Of a stretch of 64,000 nt of DNA, positions 1-10,967 are shown piece by piece. The position numbers and the translations under genes were made by a program. Numbering within the stretch: the stretch's first letter is position 1; each line of letters starts with the position of its first letter. The notes beneath the pieces are model-generated. The model did no database searches, was not told the DNA's origin, and was given only the letters and a program-made list of their open reading frames with translations. The DNA is from Escherichia phage vB_EcoM_G50: the sequence record NC_054917.1; one strand, given 5' to 3'.

Positions 1-10
1 AGGATTAAAA

Positions 11-1990
11 ATGACTTTATTATCTCCGGGCATTGAGCTCAAAGAAACTACGGTTCAAAGCACCGTGGTTAATAACTCTACTGGTACAGCAGCTTTGGCC
101 GGTAAATTCCAGTGGGGTCCTGCTTTTCAGATTAAACAGGTTACAAATGAAGTAGATTTAGTTAATACTTTTGGTCAACCTACAGCTGAAACTGCTGATT
201 ATTTTATGTCTGCAATGAATTTCTTACAATATGGAAATGATTTACGAGTTGTGCGCGCTGTCGATAGAGATACCGCTAAAAACTCATCTCCGATTGCTGG
301 TAATATTGAATACACTATTTCTACCCCAGGTAGTAACTACGCGGTTGGAGATAAAATCACAGTTAAGTATGTTTCAGAAGACATTGAAACGGAAGGTAAA
401 ATTACCGAAGTAGATGCTGATGGAAAAATTAAGAAAATTAATATTCCTACCGCAAAAATTATCGCTAAAGCGAAAGAAGTCGGTGAATATCCAGCATTAG
501 GTTCTAACTGGACCGCGGAAATTTCTTCGTCTTCCTCTGGTTTAGCTGCAGTAATAACTCTTGGAAAAATTATTACTGATTCTGGTATTTTATTAGCTGA
601 AATTGAAAATGCTGAAGCTGCCATGACAGCGGTTGAATTTCAAACAAATCTTGAAAAATATGGAATTCCAGGAGTAGTAGCTCTTTATCCAGGTGAATTG
701 GGCGATAAAATCGAAATTGAAATCGTATCTAAAGCTGACTACGCAAAAGGTGCTTCTGCATTACTCCCAATTTATCCAGGTGGCGGAACACGCGCATCTA
801 CTGCCAAAGCAGTGTTTGGATATGGACCACAAACTGATTCACAATACGCTATTATAGTTCGTCGCAATGATGCTATTGTTCAAAGCGTTGTTCTTTCAAC
901 AAAGCGTGGTGAAAAAGATATTTACGATAGTAACATCTATATTGATGACTTTTTCGCAAAAGGTGGTTCAGAATATATTTTCGCAACTGCACAAAACTGG
1001 CCAGAAGGCTTCTCTGGAATTTTAACTCTGTCTGGCGGATTATCATCAAATGCTGAAGTAACAGCAGGAGATTTGATGGAAGCTTGGGACTTCTTTGCTG
1101 ACCGTGAATCCGTTGATGTTCAGTTGTTTATTGCTGGCTCTTGTGCCGGTGAATCTTTAGAAACAGCATCTACTGTCCAAAAACATGTTGTTTCAATCGG
1201 GGATGCTCGCCAAGATTGCTTAGTATTGTGCTCACCACCGCGTGAAACTGTAGTTGGAATTCCTGTAACTCGTGCTGTTGATAACTTAGTCAATTGGAGA
1301 ACTGCAGCAGGTTCATACACTGATAATAACTTTAATATCAGTTCAACCTACGCAGCAATTGATGGTAACTACAAATATCAGTATGACAAATATAATGATG
1401 TAAATCGCTGGGTTCCATTAGCAGCTGATATTGCTGGTTTATGTGCAAGAACCGATAACGTTTCTCAGACTTGGATGTCTCCAGCTGGTTATAATCGCGG
1501 CCAGATTCTTAACGTTATTAAACTTGCTATTGAAACTCGCCAGGCGCAGCGCGATCGTTTATACCAAGAAGCTATCAACCCGGTAACCGGTACAGGTGGT
1601 GATGGTTACGTATTGTATGGTGATAAAACAGCTACTTCTGTTCCTTCTCCATTTGATCGTATTAACGTTCGTCGTCTGTTTAATATGTTGAAAACGAATA
1701 TCGGACGTAGTTCAAAATATCGTTTGTTCGAATTAAACAACGCATTTACTCGTTCATCATTCCGCACAGAAACTGCCCAATACTTACAGGGAATTAAAGC
1801 TCTCGGTGGAATTTATGAATATCGTGTAGTTTGCGATACAACAAATAACACTCCGTCAGTAATTGATAGAAATGAGTTTGTTGCAACATTCTACATCCAA
1901 CCGGCGCGCAGTATAAATTATATTACTTTGAATTTCGTCGCAACTGCTACTGGTGCAGATTTCGATGAGTTAACTGGTCTTGCAGGTTAA
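11..1990 (+). CDS. 18: Tail sheath protein gp18
   Basis: 659-aa ORF; N-terminus MTLLSPGIELKETTVQ recognised as T4 gp18; same length as T4; followed by 19-20 synteny. Confidence 0.95.
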   Translation: MTLLSPGIELKETTVQSTVVNNSTGTAALAGKFQWGPAFQIKQVTNEVDLVNTFGQPTAETADYFMSAMNFLQYGNDLRVVRAVDRDTAKNSSPIAGNIEYTISTPGSNYAVGDKITVKYVSEDIETEGKITEVDADGKIKKINIPTAKIIAKAKEVGEYPALGSNWTAEISSSSSGLAAVITLGKIITDSGILLAEIENAEAAMTAVEFQTNLEKYGIPGVVALYPGELGDKIEIEIVSKADYAKGASALLPIYPGGGTRASTAKAVFGYGPQTDSQYAIIVRRNDAIVQSVVLSTKRGEKDIYDSNIYIDDFFAKGGSEYIFATAQNWPEGFSGILTLSGGLSSNAEVTAGDLMEAWDFFADRESVDVQLFIAGSCAGESLETASTVQKHVVSIGDARQDCLVLCSPPRETVVGIPVTRAVDNLVNWRTAAGSYTDNNFNISSTYAAIDGNYKYQYDKYNDVNRWVPLAADIAGLCARTDNVSQTWMSPAGYNRGQILNVIKLAIETRQAQRDRLYQEAINPVTGTGGDGYVLYGDKTATSVPSPFDRINVRRLFNMLKTNIGRSSKYRLFELNNAFTRSSFRTETAQYLQGIKALGGIYEYRVVCDTTNNTPSVIDRNEFVATFYIQPARSINYITLNFVATATGADFDELTGLAG

Positions 1991-2006
1991 TACGGTGCAT
2001 TCTAAA

Positions 2007-2024
2007 GGCCTGTTTCGGCAGGCC
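2007..2024 (+). terminator. Hairpin after gene 18
   Basis: GGCCTG-loop-CAGGCC stem directly after stop; no clean U-tract. Confidence 0.3.
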
Positions 2025-2025
2025 A

Positions 2026-2033
2026 TATAAATA
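2026..2033 (+). promoter_or_regulatory. T4-type late promoter motif TATAAATA (gene 19, distal)
   Basis: exact TATAAATA following post-gene-18 hairpin. Confidence 0.5.
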
Positions 2034-2084
2034 CACTATATCCTTAATTCTTTAATTCTATATGCCCTAGGTTAAACATAGGGA

Positions 2085-2092
2085 TATAAATA
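2085..2092 (+). promoter_or_regulatory. T4-type late promoter motif TATAAATA (gene 19, proximal)
   Basis: exact TATAAATA 15 bp upstream of ATG. Confidence 0.5.
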
Positions 2093-2106
2093 CTACAGAG
2101 GCTAAT

Positions 2107-2598
2107 ATGTTTGTAGATGATGTAACACGAGCGTTTGAATCTGGTGATTTTGCTCGACCTAACTTATTCCAAGTAGAAATTTCTTATCTTGGACAAAATT
2201 TTACGTTTCAATGTAAAGCCACTGCTTTACCAGCTGGTATTGTAGAAAAAATTCCAGTCGGATTTATGAACCGTAAAATTAACGTAGCAGGCGATCGTAC
2301 ATTCGATGACTGGACTGTTACAGTAATGAACGATGAGGCACATGATGCACGCCAGAAGTTTGTTGATTGGCAAAGCATTGCTGCTGGGCAAGGGAACGAA
2401 ATTACTGGTGGAAAACCAGCAGAGTATAAAAAGAGCGCTGTTGTTCGCCAATATGCTCGTGACGCTAAAACTGTAACAAAAGAAGTCGAAATTAAAGGCC
2501 TGTGGCCTACTAACGTGGGTGAACTTCAATTAGATTGGGATTCAAACAATGAAATCCAAACCTTTGAAGTAACTCTCGCTCTCGATTATTGGGAATAA
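2107..2598 (+). CDS. 19: Tail tube protein gp19
   Basis: 163 aa, same length and N-terminus as T4 gp19; two TATAAATA motifs upstream. Confidence 0.95.
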   Translation: MFVDDVTRAFESGDFARPNLFQVEISYLGQNFTFQCKATALPAGIVEKIPVGFMNRKINVAGDRTFDDWTVTVMNDEAHDARQKFVDWQSIAAGQGNEITGGKPAEYKKSAVVRQYARDAKTVTKEVEIKGLWPTNVGELQLDWDSNNEIQTFEVTLALDYWE

Positions 2599-2630
2599 AA
2601 TGAATGGGGAGAAATCCCCATCCTGCTTAA

Positions 2631-4255
<1,625 letters not shown>

Positions 4256-4256
<1 letters not shown>

Positions 4257-4501
4257 TGGAAGGTTTAATTGAAGCTATTAAATCAAACGACCTCGTAGCC
4301 GCTCGTAAATTATTTGCTGAAGCCATGGCTGCAAGAACGATTGATTTAATTAAAGAAGAAAAAATCGCTATCGCTCGTAATTTCTTAATCGAAGGTGAAG
4401 AACCTGAAGACGAGGATGATGAAGACGAAGATGGTGATGATAAAGACGACAAAAAAGACAAAGACTCTGACGAAGATGACGAAGACGAGGATGATGAATA
4501 A
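4256..4501 (+). CDS. 67: Prohead core protein gp67 with poly-acidic C-terminal tail
   Basis: 80-aa ORF abutting gene 20; D/E-rich tail ([12 protein letters not shown]...) typical of T4 gp67. Confidence 0.88.
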
Positions 4502-4926
4502 TGCTTCTGATCCCTGAAACTCATGAATTAGTTCTCGAGAATGTCGAAGCACTTATTCCTGAAGCACAGGGTCGCTTTGACGAATTGTCTTCTGCTTTAA
4601 ATAAAGACGATATAAATACAATTGTCGAGAATATGCTTGATGATGAAACTGATTTAGCAGTTGCATTAGCTTCTATTAATGAAAATATGCCGTTAAATGA
4701 ATTCATTGTTAAGCATGTTTCAGCTCGTGGTGAAATTACACGTACTAAAGACCGCAAAACACGCGAACGTAATGCATTTCAAACCACTGGGCTGTCTAAA
4801 GCAAAACGTAGACAAATTGCTCGCAAAGCTACCAAAACGAAGATTGCCAATCCAGCAGGTCAATCTCGTGCTCAGCGTAAGCGTAAAAAAGCTCTTAAAC
4901 GCCGTAAAGCATTAGGATTAAGCTAA
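4501..4926 (+). CDS. 68: Prohead core protein gp68
   Basis: 141 aa, position between 67 and 21 as in T4; basic K/R-rich C-terminus. Confidence 0.88.
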
Positions 4927-5564
4927 TGAATGAACCCCAATTACTAATTGAAACTTGGGGTCAACCTGGCGAAATTATTGATGGTGTGCCAATGCTTGAA
5001 TCCCACGATGGAAAAGACTTAGGTTTAAAACCGGGTTTATACATCGAAGGAATATTCATGCAAGCAGAAGTCGTCAATAGAAATAAACGTCTTTATCCAA
5101 AACGCATATTAGAAAAAGCGGTAAAAGACTATATTAATGAGCAAGTTTTAACTAAACAAGCTCTCGGAGAATTAAATCATCCTCCACGCGCTAATGTTGA
5201 CCCGATGCAAGCCGCTATCATTATAGAAGATATGTGGTGGAAAGGAAATGACGTATACGGACGAGCTCGTGTTATTGAAGGTGACCACGGTCCTGGAGAT
5301 AAATTAGCAGCTAATATTCGTGCCGGATGGATTCCAGGAGTTTCTTCTCGTGGATTAGGTTCATTGACTGACACAAATAAAGGTTATCGTATCGTAAACG
5401 AAGGATTCAAATTAACTGTAGGTGTTGATGCAGTATGGGGTCCAAGTGCTCCAGATGCATGGGTAACTCCTAAGGAAATTACCGAATCACAGACGGCGGA
5501 AGCCGATACAAGTGCCGATGACGCCTATATGGCTCTCGCAGAGGCCATGAAAAAAGCGTTATAA
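4926..5564 (+). CDS. 21: Prohead core scaffold protein and protease gp21
   Basis: 212 aa; sequence recognised as T4 prohead protease; overlapping start with gene 68 stop. Confidence 0.94.
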   Translation: MNEPQLLIETWGQPGEIIDGVPMLESHDGKDLGLKPGLYIEGIFMQAEVVNRNKRLYPKRILEKAVKDYINEQVLTKQALGELNHPPRANVDPMQAAIIIEDMWWKGNDVYGRARVIEGDHGPGDKLAANIRAGWIPGVSSRGLGSLTDTNKGYRIVNEGFKLTVGVDAVWGPSAPDAWVTPKEITESQTAEADTSADDAYMALAEAMKKAL

Positions 5565-5567
5565 ATA
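5560..5567 (+). promoter_or_regulatory. Late promoter motif TATAAATA (gene 22)
   Basis: exact motif overlapping gene 21 stop. Confidence 0.55.
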
Positions 5568-5594
5568 TTATTATCTAAACAACAGGACTACAAA

Positions 5595-6404
5595 ATGCTT
5601 AAAGAACAACTGATTGCTGAAGCGCAAAAAATTGATGCTTCCGTTGCTCTTGATAGTATTTTCGAATCAGTTAATATTTCTCCGGAAGCAAAAGAAACTT
5701 TCGGCACTGTATTCGAAGCTACCGTCAAGCAGCACGCCGTTAAATTAGCTGAATCTCATATCGCTAAAATTGCTGAAAAAGCAGAAGAAGAAGTAGAAAA
5801 AAATAAAGAAGAAGCCGAAGAAAAAGCTGAGAAGAAAATCGCTGAGCAAGCTTCTAAATTCATCGACCATCTTGCGAAAGAATGGCTCGCTGAAAATAAA
5901 TTAGCAGTTGATAAAGGCATCAAAGCCGAACTGTTTGAATCCATGCTTGGTGGATTAAAAGAGCTCTTTGTTGAACACAACGTTGTTGTTCCAGAAGAAT
6001 CAGTTGATGTTGTGGCTGAAATGGAAGAAGAGCTGCAAGAACATAAAGAAGAATCAGCTCGTCTGTTCGAAGAACTCAATATGCGCGACGCATATATCAA
6101 TTATGTGCAGCGTGAAGTGGCATTGAGCGAAAGTACTAAAGATCTGACTGAGTCTCAAAAAGAAAAAGTCTCTGCTCTGGTCGAAGGTATGGATTATTCA
6201 GATGAATTCTCAAATAAATTGAGTGCCATCGTAGAAATGGTGAAGAAGTCTAATAAAGATGAAAGCACTATTACTGAGGGTATAAATACTCCTGATACTG
6301 AAGCAGCCGGACTGAATTTCGTCACTGAAGCTGTAGAAGATAAAACTGCACCTGGTGCAGAAGATATTGTAAGTGTATATGCGAAAGTCGCATCTCGTTT
6401 CTAA
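5595..6404 (+). CDS. 22: Prohead core scaffold protein gp22
   Basis: 269 aa, E/K-rich coiled-coil-like scaffold; T4 length and position. Confidence 0.9.
   Translation: MLKEQLIAEAQKIDASVALDSIFESVNISPEAKETFGTVFEATVKQHAVKLAESHIAKIAEKAEEEVEKNKEEAEEKAEKKIAEQASKFIDHLAKEWLAENKLAVDKGIKAELFESMLGGLKELFVEHNVVVPEESVDVVAEMEEELQEHKEESARLFEELNMRDAYINYVQREVALSESTKDLTESQKEKVSALVEGMDYSDEFSNKLSAIVEMVKKSNKDESTITEGINTPDTEAAGLNFVTEAVEDKTAPGAEDIVSVYAKVASRF
6281..6288 (+). promoter_or_regulatory. Late promoter motif TATAAATA (gene 23)
   Basis: exact motif within 3' end of gene 22, about 135 bp upstream of gene 23. Confidence 0.55.
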
Positions 6405-6422
6405 TTTTAAAGGTTAACACAA

Positions 6423-7988
6423 ATGACTATCAAAACTAAAGCTGAACTTTTGAACAAATGGAAGCCATTACTGGAAGGTGAAGGTTTACCGGAAATTGCT
6501 AATAGCAAACAAGCGATTATCGCTAAAATCTTTGAAAACCAGGAAAAAGATTTCCAGACAGCTCCAGAGTACAAAGACGAAAAAATTGCTCAGGCATTTG
6601 GTTCTTTCTTAACAGAAGCTGAAATCGGTGGTGACCACGGTTACAATGCTACTAACATCGCTGCCGGTCAGACTTCTGGTGCAGTAACTCAGATTGGCCC
6701 AGCTGTTATGGGTATGGTACGTCGTGCTATTCCTAACCTGATTGCTTTCGATATTTGTGGTGTTCAGCCGATGAACAGCCCGACCGGTCAGGTATTCGCA
6801 CTGCGCGCAGTATATGGTAAAGACCCAATCGCTGCCGGTGCTAAAGAAGCATTCCACCCAATGTATGGTCCAGATGCAATGTTCTCTGGTCAGGGTGCTG
6901 CTAAGAAATTCGCTGCTTTGAAAGCAAGTGATACTCTTGAAGTTGGAACTATTTACACCCACTTCTTCCAGGACACTGGTACTGTGTATCTGCAAGCTAC
7001 AGAAGCTAAGCAAATTGATACTAGTGCAACTGACGCAGCTAAATTAGATGCTGAAATTAAGAAACAAATGGAAGCTGGTGTACTGGTAGAAATCGCTGAA
7101 GGTATGGCTACTTCTATCGCTGAACTCCAGGAAAGTTTCAACGGTTCTACCGATAACCCATGGAATGAAATGGGCTTCCGTATCGATAAACAAGTTATCG
7201 AAGCTAAATCTCGCCAGCTGAAAGCTGCTTACTCTATCGAATTAGCACAAGACCTCCGCGCTGTTCACGGTATGGATGCTGATGCTGAACTGTCTGGTAT
7301 TCTGGCTACCGAAATCATGCTGGAAATCAACCGCGAAGTTGTTGATTGGATTAACTACTCAGCCCAGGTTGGTAAATCTGGTATGACCCTGACTCCGGGT
7401 TCTAAAGCTGGTGTATTTGACTTCCAGGATCCGATTGATATTCGTGGTGCTCGCTGGGCGGGTGAATCCTTTAAAGCTCTGTTGTTCCAGATTGACAAAG
7501 AAGCAGTTGAAATTGCTCGTCAGACCGGTCGTGGTGAAGGTAACTTCATTATCGCTTCCCGTAACGTAGTTAACGTTCTGGCTTCAGTTGATACTGGCAT
7601 TTCTTATGCTGCACAGGGTCTGGCTACCGGCTTTAACACTGATACTACCAAGTCAGTATTTGCTGGTGTTCTGGGTGGTAAATACCGTGTATATATCGAC
7701 CAGTATGCTAAACAGGATTATTTCACCGTAGGTTATAAAGGTCCGAACGAAATGGATGCAGGTATTTACTATGCTCCATATGTAGCTCTGACTCCGCTGC
7801 GTGGTTCCGATCCGAAGAACTTCCAACCAGTAATGGGATTCAAAACTCGTTACGGTATCGGTATCAACCCATTTGCAGAATCCGCTGCTCAGGCTCCGGC
7901 TTCTCGCATCCAGAGCGGTATGCCTTCTATTCTGAATAGCCTTGGTAAAAACGCTTACTTCCGCCGTGTATATGTTAAAGGTATCTAA
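6423..7988 (+). CDS. 23: Major capsid protein gp23
   Basis: 521 aa; recognised T4 gp23 sequence; strong codon usage; TATAAATA about 135 bp upstream inside gene 22. Confidence 0.97.
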   Translation: MTIKTKAELLNKWKPLLEGEGLPEIANSKQAIIAKIFENQEKDFQTAPEYKDEKIAQAFGSFLTEAEIGGDHGYNATNIAAGQTSGAVTQIGPAVMGMVRRAIPNLIAFDICGVQPMNSPTGQVFALRAVYGKDPIAAGAKEAFHPMYGPDAMFSGQGAAKKFAALKASDTLEVGTIYTHFFQDTGTVYLQATEAKQIDTSATDAAKLDAEIKKQMEAGVLVEIAEGMATSIAELQESFNGSTDNPWNEMGFRIDKQVIEAKSRQLKAAYSIELAQDLRAVHGMDADAELSGILATEIMLEINREVVDWINYSAQVGKSGMTLTPGSKAGVFDFQDPIDIRGARWAGESFKALLFQIDKEAVEIARQTGRGEGNFIIASRNVVNVLASVDTGISYAAQGLATGFNTDTTKSVFAGVLGGKYRVYIDQYAKQDYFTVGYKGPNEMDAGIYYAPYVALTPLRGSDPKNFQPVMGFKTRYGIGINPFAESAAQAPASRIQSGMPSILNSLGKNAYFRRVYVKGI

Positions 7989-8002
7989 TCTTTGACGATT
8001 TA

Positions 8003-8033
8003 AGGGACCTTCGGGTCCCTTTAGTTGTTTTTA
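8003..8033 (+). terminator. Intrinsic terminator after gene 23 (UUCG tetraloop)
   Basis: AGGGACC-TTCG-GGTCCCT followed by T-rich run. Confidence 0.6.
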
Positions 8034-8036
8034 TGG

Positions 8037-8044
8037 TATAAATA
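8037..8044 (+). promoter_or_regulatory. Late promoter motif TATAAATA (gene 24)
   Basis: exact motif directly after gene 23 terminator. Confidence 0.55.
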
Positions 8045-8071
8045 AATCATATAAACCAAAAGGAAAGCGCA

Positions 8072-9355
8072 ATGGCTAAAATCAACGAACTTCTGCGCGA
8101 ATCAACCACAACGAATAGCAACTCAATCGGTCGCCCAAATCTCGTTGCTTTGACTCGCGCTACCACTAAATTAATATATTCTGACATTGTAGCAACACAA
8201 AGAACTAATCAACCTGTTGCTGCTTTTTATGGTATCAAATACCTTAACCCAGACAACGAATTTACGTTTAAAACTGGTGCTACTTACGCTGGCGAAGCTG
8301 GGTACGTAGACCGAGAACAAATCACAGAATTAACAGAAGAGTCTAAATTAACTCTCAATAAAGGCGATTTATTCAAATATAATAATATCGTTTATAAAGT
8401 ATTAGAAGATACACCATTTGCTGATATTGAAGAAAGCGATTTAGAATTAGCTCTTCAGATTGCAATTGTTCTTTTAAAGGTTCGTCTATTTTCTGATGCA
8501 GCATCAACAAGCAAATTTGAAAGCTCTGATAGCGAAATTGCGGATGCTAGATTCCAGATTAATAAATGGCAAACCGCAGTTAAATCTCGTAAACTTAAAA
8601 CTGGCATTACAGTTGAATTAGCACAAGATTTAGAAGCAAATGGATTCGATGCTCCTAATTTCTTGGAAGATTTGCTTGCAACTGAAATGGCGGATGAAAT
8701 CAATAAAGATATTCTGCAATCTTTGATTACAGTATCAAAACGCTATAAAGTTACAGGAATTACTGATACTGGATTCATTGATTTGAGTTATGCATCTGCA
8801 CCTGAAGCTGGTCGTTCATTATACCGAATGGTGTGTGAAATGGTTTCGCATATCCAAAAAGAATCAACTTATACTGCAACGTTCTGTGTTGCTTCAGCTC
8901 GTGCCGCTGCGATTCTTGCTGCATCAGGTTGGTTAAAACATAAACCAGAAGATGATAAATATCTTTCACAAAATGCCTATGGGTTCTTAGCTAATGGTTT
9001 ACCGCTTTATTGCGATACTAACAGCCCATTAGATTATGTAATCGTTGGCGTAGTAGAAAATATTGGTGAAAAAGAAATTGTCGGATCAATTTTCTATGCT
9101 CCGTATACAGAAGGTCTTGACTTAGATGACCCTGAACATGTAGGTGCATTTAAAGTTGTAGTTGATCCAGAAAGCTTACAACCATCTATCGGTTTATTGG
9201 TTAGATATGCTTTATCTGCAAATCCTTACACTGTAGCAAAAGATGAAAAAGAAGCAAGAATAATTGATGGTGGAGACATGGATAAAATGGCGGGTCGTTC
9301 AGATTTGTCTGTTTTATTAGGTGTTAAATTACCAAAAATTATCGTTGATGAATAA
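8072..9355 (+). CDS. 24: Head vertex protein gp24
   Basis: 427 aa, gp23 paralog at T4 position; late promoter motif and terminator hairpin flank it. Confidence 0.93.
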   Translation: MAKINELLRESTTTNSNSIGRPNLVALTRATTKLIYSDIVATQRTNQPVAAFYGIKYLNPDNEFTFKTGATYAGEAGYVDREQITELTEESKLTLNKGDLFKYNNIVYKVLEDTPFADIEESDLELALQIAIVLLKVRLFSDAASTSKFESSDSEIADARFQINKWQTAVKSRKLKTGITVELAQDLEANGFDAPNFLEDLLATEMADEINKDILQSLITVSKRYKVTGITDTGFIDLSYASAPEAGRSLYRMVCEMVSHIQKESTYTATFCVASARAAAILAASGWLKHKPEDDKYLSQNAYGFLANGLPLYCDTNSPLDYVIVGVVENIGEKEIVGSIFYAPYTEGLDLDDPEHVGAFKVVVDPESLQPSIGLLVRYALSANPYTVAKDEKEARIIDGGDMDKMAGRSDLSVLLGVKLPKIIVDE

Positions 9356-9360
9356 AACAA

Positions 9361-9383
9361 AGGGACCAAAAGGTCCCTTTTTA
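9361..9383. terminator. Bidirectional terminator between gene 24 and rnlB
   Basis: AGGGACC-AAAA-GGTCCCT with T-run on plus strand and A-run upstream. Confidence 0.6.
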
Positions 9384-9384
9384 T

Positions 9385-10389
9385 TTAACTTACCAATTCA
9401 ATCCAAGCCGGACGAAGTACATCTTGTACCATTTTAACTAATTCCTTTTTAATCAAAGAAGGATTATCTGCTTGAGTTAGAGTAATACCTTCACGAGAAG
9501 TTTCTTCCAAAATATCTTGAACAGTTAGTCCCATCACCTTTCCAAAATCTTTTGGACCAATTTCGCCAATTTTAGAAATAACGTTATTTACCCGGTTCAG
9601 TGTAACGTAGCAAGCTAAAATTCCCAGCAATTTATTATCAGCTTCTGACAGCTCAACTTTAGCTTTAATAGGCTTATCAGACTTTTTCTTTTCGCTAAAT
9701 TTAGAGTTCTTGCATTTAATAGCTACACGATTGCCATTAGGCATCCAAGAAGGATAACAAGGTTTCAATACATAACCTTCAGCGGTAAATACTTCGCCTT
9801 TTGCTTCGGCATTCCAGACGCATTTATTTGCATCAACTAATCCAGCATGGTCTACTGTAAAATTATAATCTTGGACGACAGAATCTAAATCATTTGGCAA
9901 TTTAATAAGCTCTTCAAATTTACCGCGACCTAAAAGTGGAGCCATTTTAAATTTAAATGTATTACAGAATGATTCCATCATATAATCATCGACATAAGTC
10001 ACATCACCACTTTCGGTAGTAACAATAATGTCAAATACATAAAAATCTTTATCACCATAATCGACATTCTTCTGAATGCCAGGTCCAGCAAATTCGCCAA
10101 AGACTTGATAAGATACAACTGCCGAAGTTTCCATAATATCTTGTACTGCTTTAATGGAATCAGCGTAATTCTTTAGAATAATTTCATACCCAAAGAAATC
10201 TTCAGCAGGAAGAATCGGTCCAGTACGTTTAGCACAAGTTGCTTTATCGCGTTCAATAATCAGTGAGAAATTTGTGCCATGAATCTTTTCACGAGCTACC
10301 CATTCGCCGCCAGTCAATCCTAAACTGTAAAGTTTTTCAATGAATTTAGAATTGTAATGATTTTCAAGACTGCTATACTTTTTAAACAT
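9385..10389 (-). CDS. rnlB: RNA ligase 2 (RnlB)
   Basis: 334 aa; nucleotidyltransferase lysine motif KIHGTN; matches T4 Rnl2 length and position (24.1). Confidence 0.9.
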   Translation of the reverse strand: MFKKYSSLENHYNSKFIEKLYSLGLTGGEWVAREKIHGTNFSLIIERDKATCAKRTGPILPAEDFFGYEIILKNYADSIKAVQDIMETSAVVSYQVFGEFAGPGIQKNVDYGDKDFYVFDIIVTTESGDVTYVDDYMMESFCNTFKFKMAPLLGRGKFEELIKLPNDLDSVVQDYNFTVDHAGLVDANKCVWNAEAKGEVFTAEGYVLKPCYPSWMPNGNRVAIKCKNSKFSEKKKSDKPIKAKVELSEADNKLLGILACYVTLNRVNNVISKIGEIGPKDFGKVMGLTVQDILEETSREGITLTQADNPSLIKKELVKMVQDVLRPAWIELVS

Positions 10390-10398
10390 AATTAATCC

Positions 10399-10677
10399 TC
10401 AAAATGTAATTTCTAACCAATCACCATCACGCTGATCACTATTGACTTTAAAGCTAAATCCTTCTTTTCTCAGCCAATCACCAATTTCTTCAGTAATCAA
10501 TTTATCGCGAGCAGTACAATAATAACTAAAATATGTTTTACCTTGTTCAGCTGCTTTATTAGCAAGTTCCGAAAAATCTTTAATAAAACACTCTAGCTTG
10601 AACTGCTTACTTTTAAGTGCTTTTTCGCGTAATTGATTAGCAAAAGATTCATTTTCATAAAGATCATACTGTTCCAT
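10399..10677 (-). CDS. Hypothetical protein (T4 24.2 position)
   Basis: 92-aa ORF in operon with rnlB; positional equivalence only. Confidence 0.6.
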   Translation of the reverse strand: MEQYDLYENESFANQLREKALKSKQFKLECFIKDFSELANKAAEQGKTYFSYYCTARDKLITEEIGDWLRKEGFSFKVNSDQRDGDWLEITF

Positions 10678-10879
10678 TTTTCACCTTTTTATTGATATGT
10701 CTTTTTCTATAGACAACTTTTTCTCGAGTCTCAAATTTATTCTTAGCAGTCATAGCTCGAGCCCATAATACAGCCACTTCTTTCGCCTGTAAATTCAATT
10801 CACGAGCAATTTCAATGAATGACTTTCCAGACTCATGGAGTGTAAACACCACAACCTCAGTTCTCATAATCAATCTCAT
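10664..10879 (-). CDS. Hypothetical small basic protein with HTH-like segment (T4 24.3 position)
   Basis: 71-aa ORF; segment SGKSFIEIARELNLQAKEVAVLWARA resembles a helix-turn-helix. Confidence 0.55.
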   Translation of the reverse strand: MRLIMRTEVVVFTLHESGKSFIEIARELNLQAKEVAVLWARAMTAKNKFETREKVVYRKRHINKKVKNGTV

Positions 10880-10947
10880 GTTATCGAGTTGGTGCCATTA
10901 TATACATCGTTTTCTGATTGTGTTTTGTGTGCTTTCAAAATGAAGAA

Positions 10948-10963
10948 AGGGGCCGAAGCCCCT
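10948..10963 (-). terminator. Terminator hairpin after hoc
   Basis: GGGGCTTCGGCCCC on minus strand followed by U-rich tract. Confidence 0.5.
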
Positions 10964-10967
10964 GAGA

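Noticed and set aside
231-1320. Short ORFs on both strands inside gene 18 (231-413 plus, 337-624 minus, 1120-1320 minus)
   Set aside because: Embedded in a strongly supported 659-aa structural gene; no RBS or promoter context. The many similar shadow ORFs inside genes 23, 29, 34, 37, nrdA and others were rejected for the same reason.
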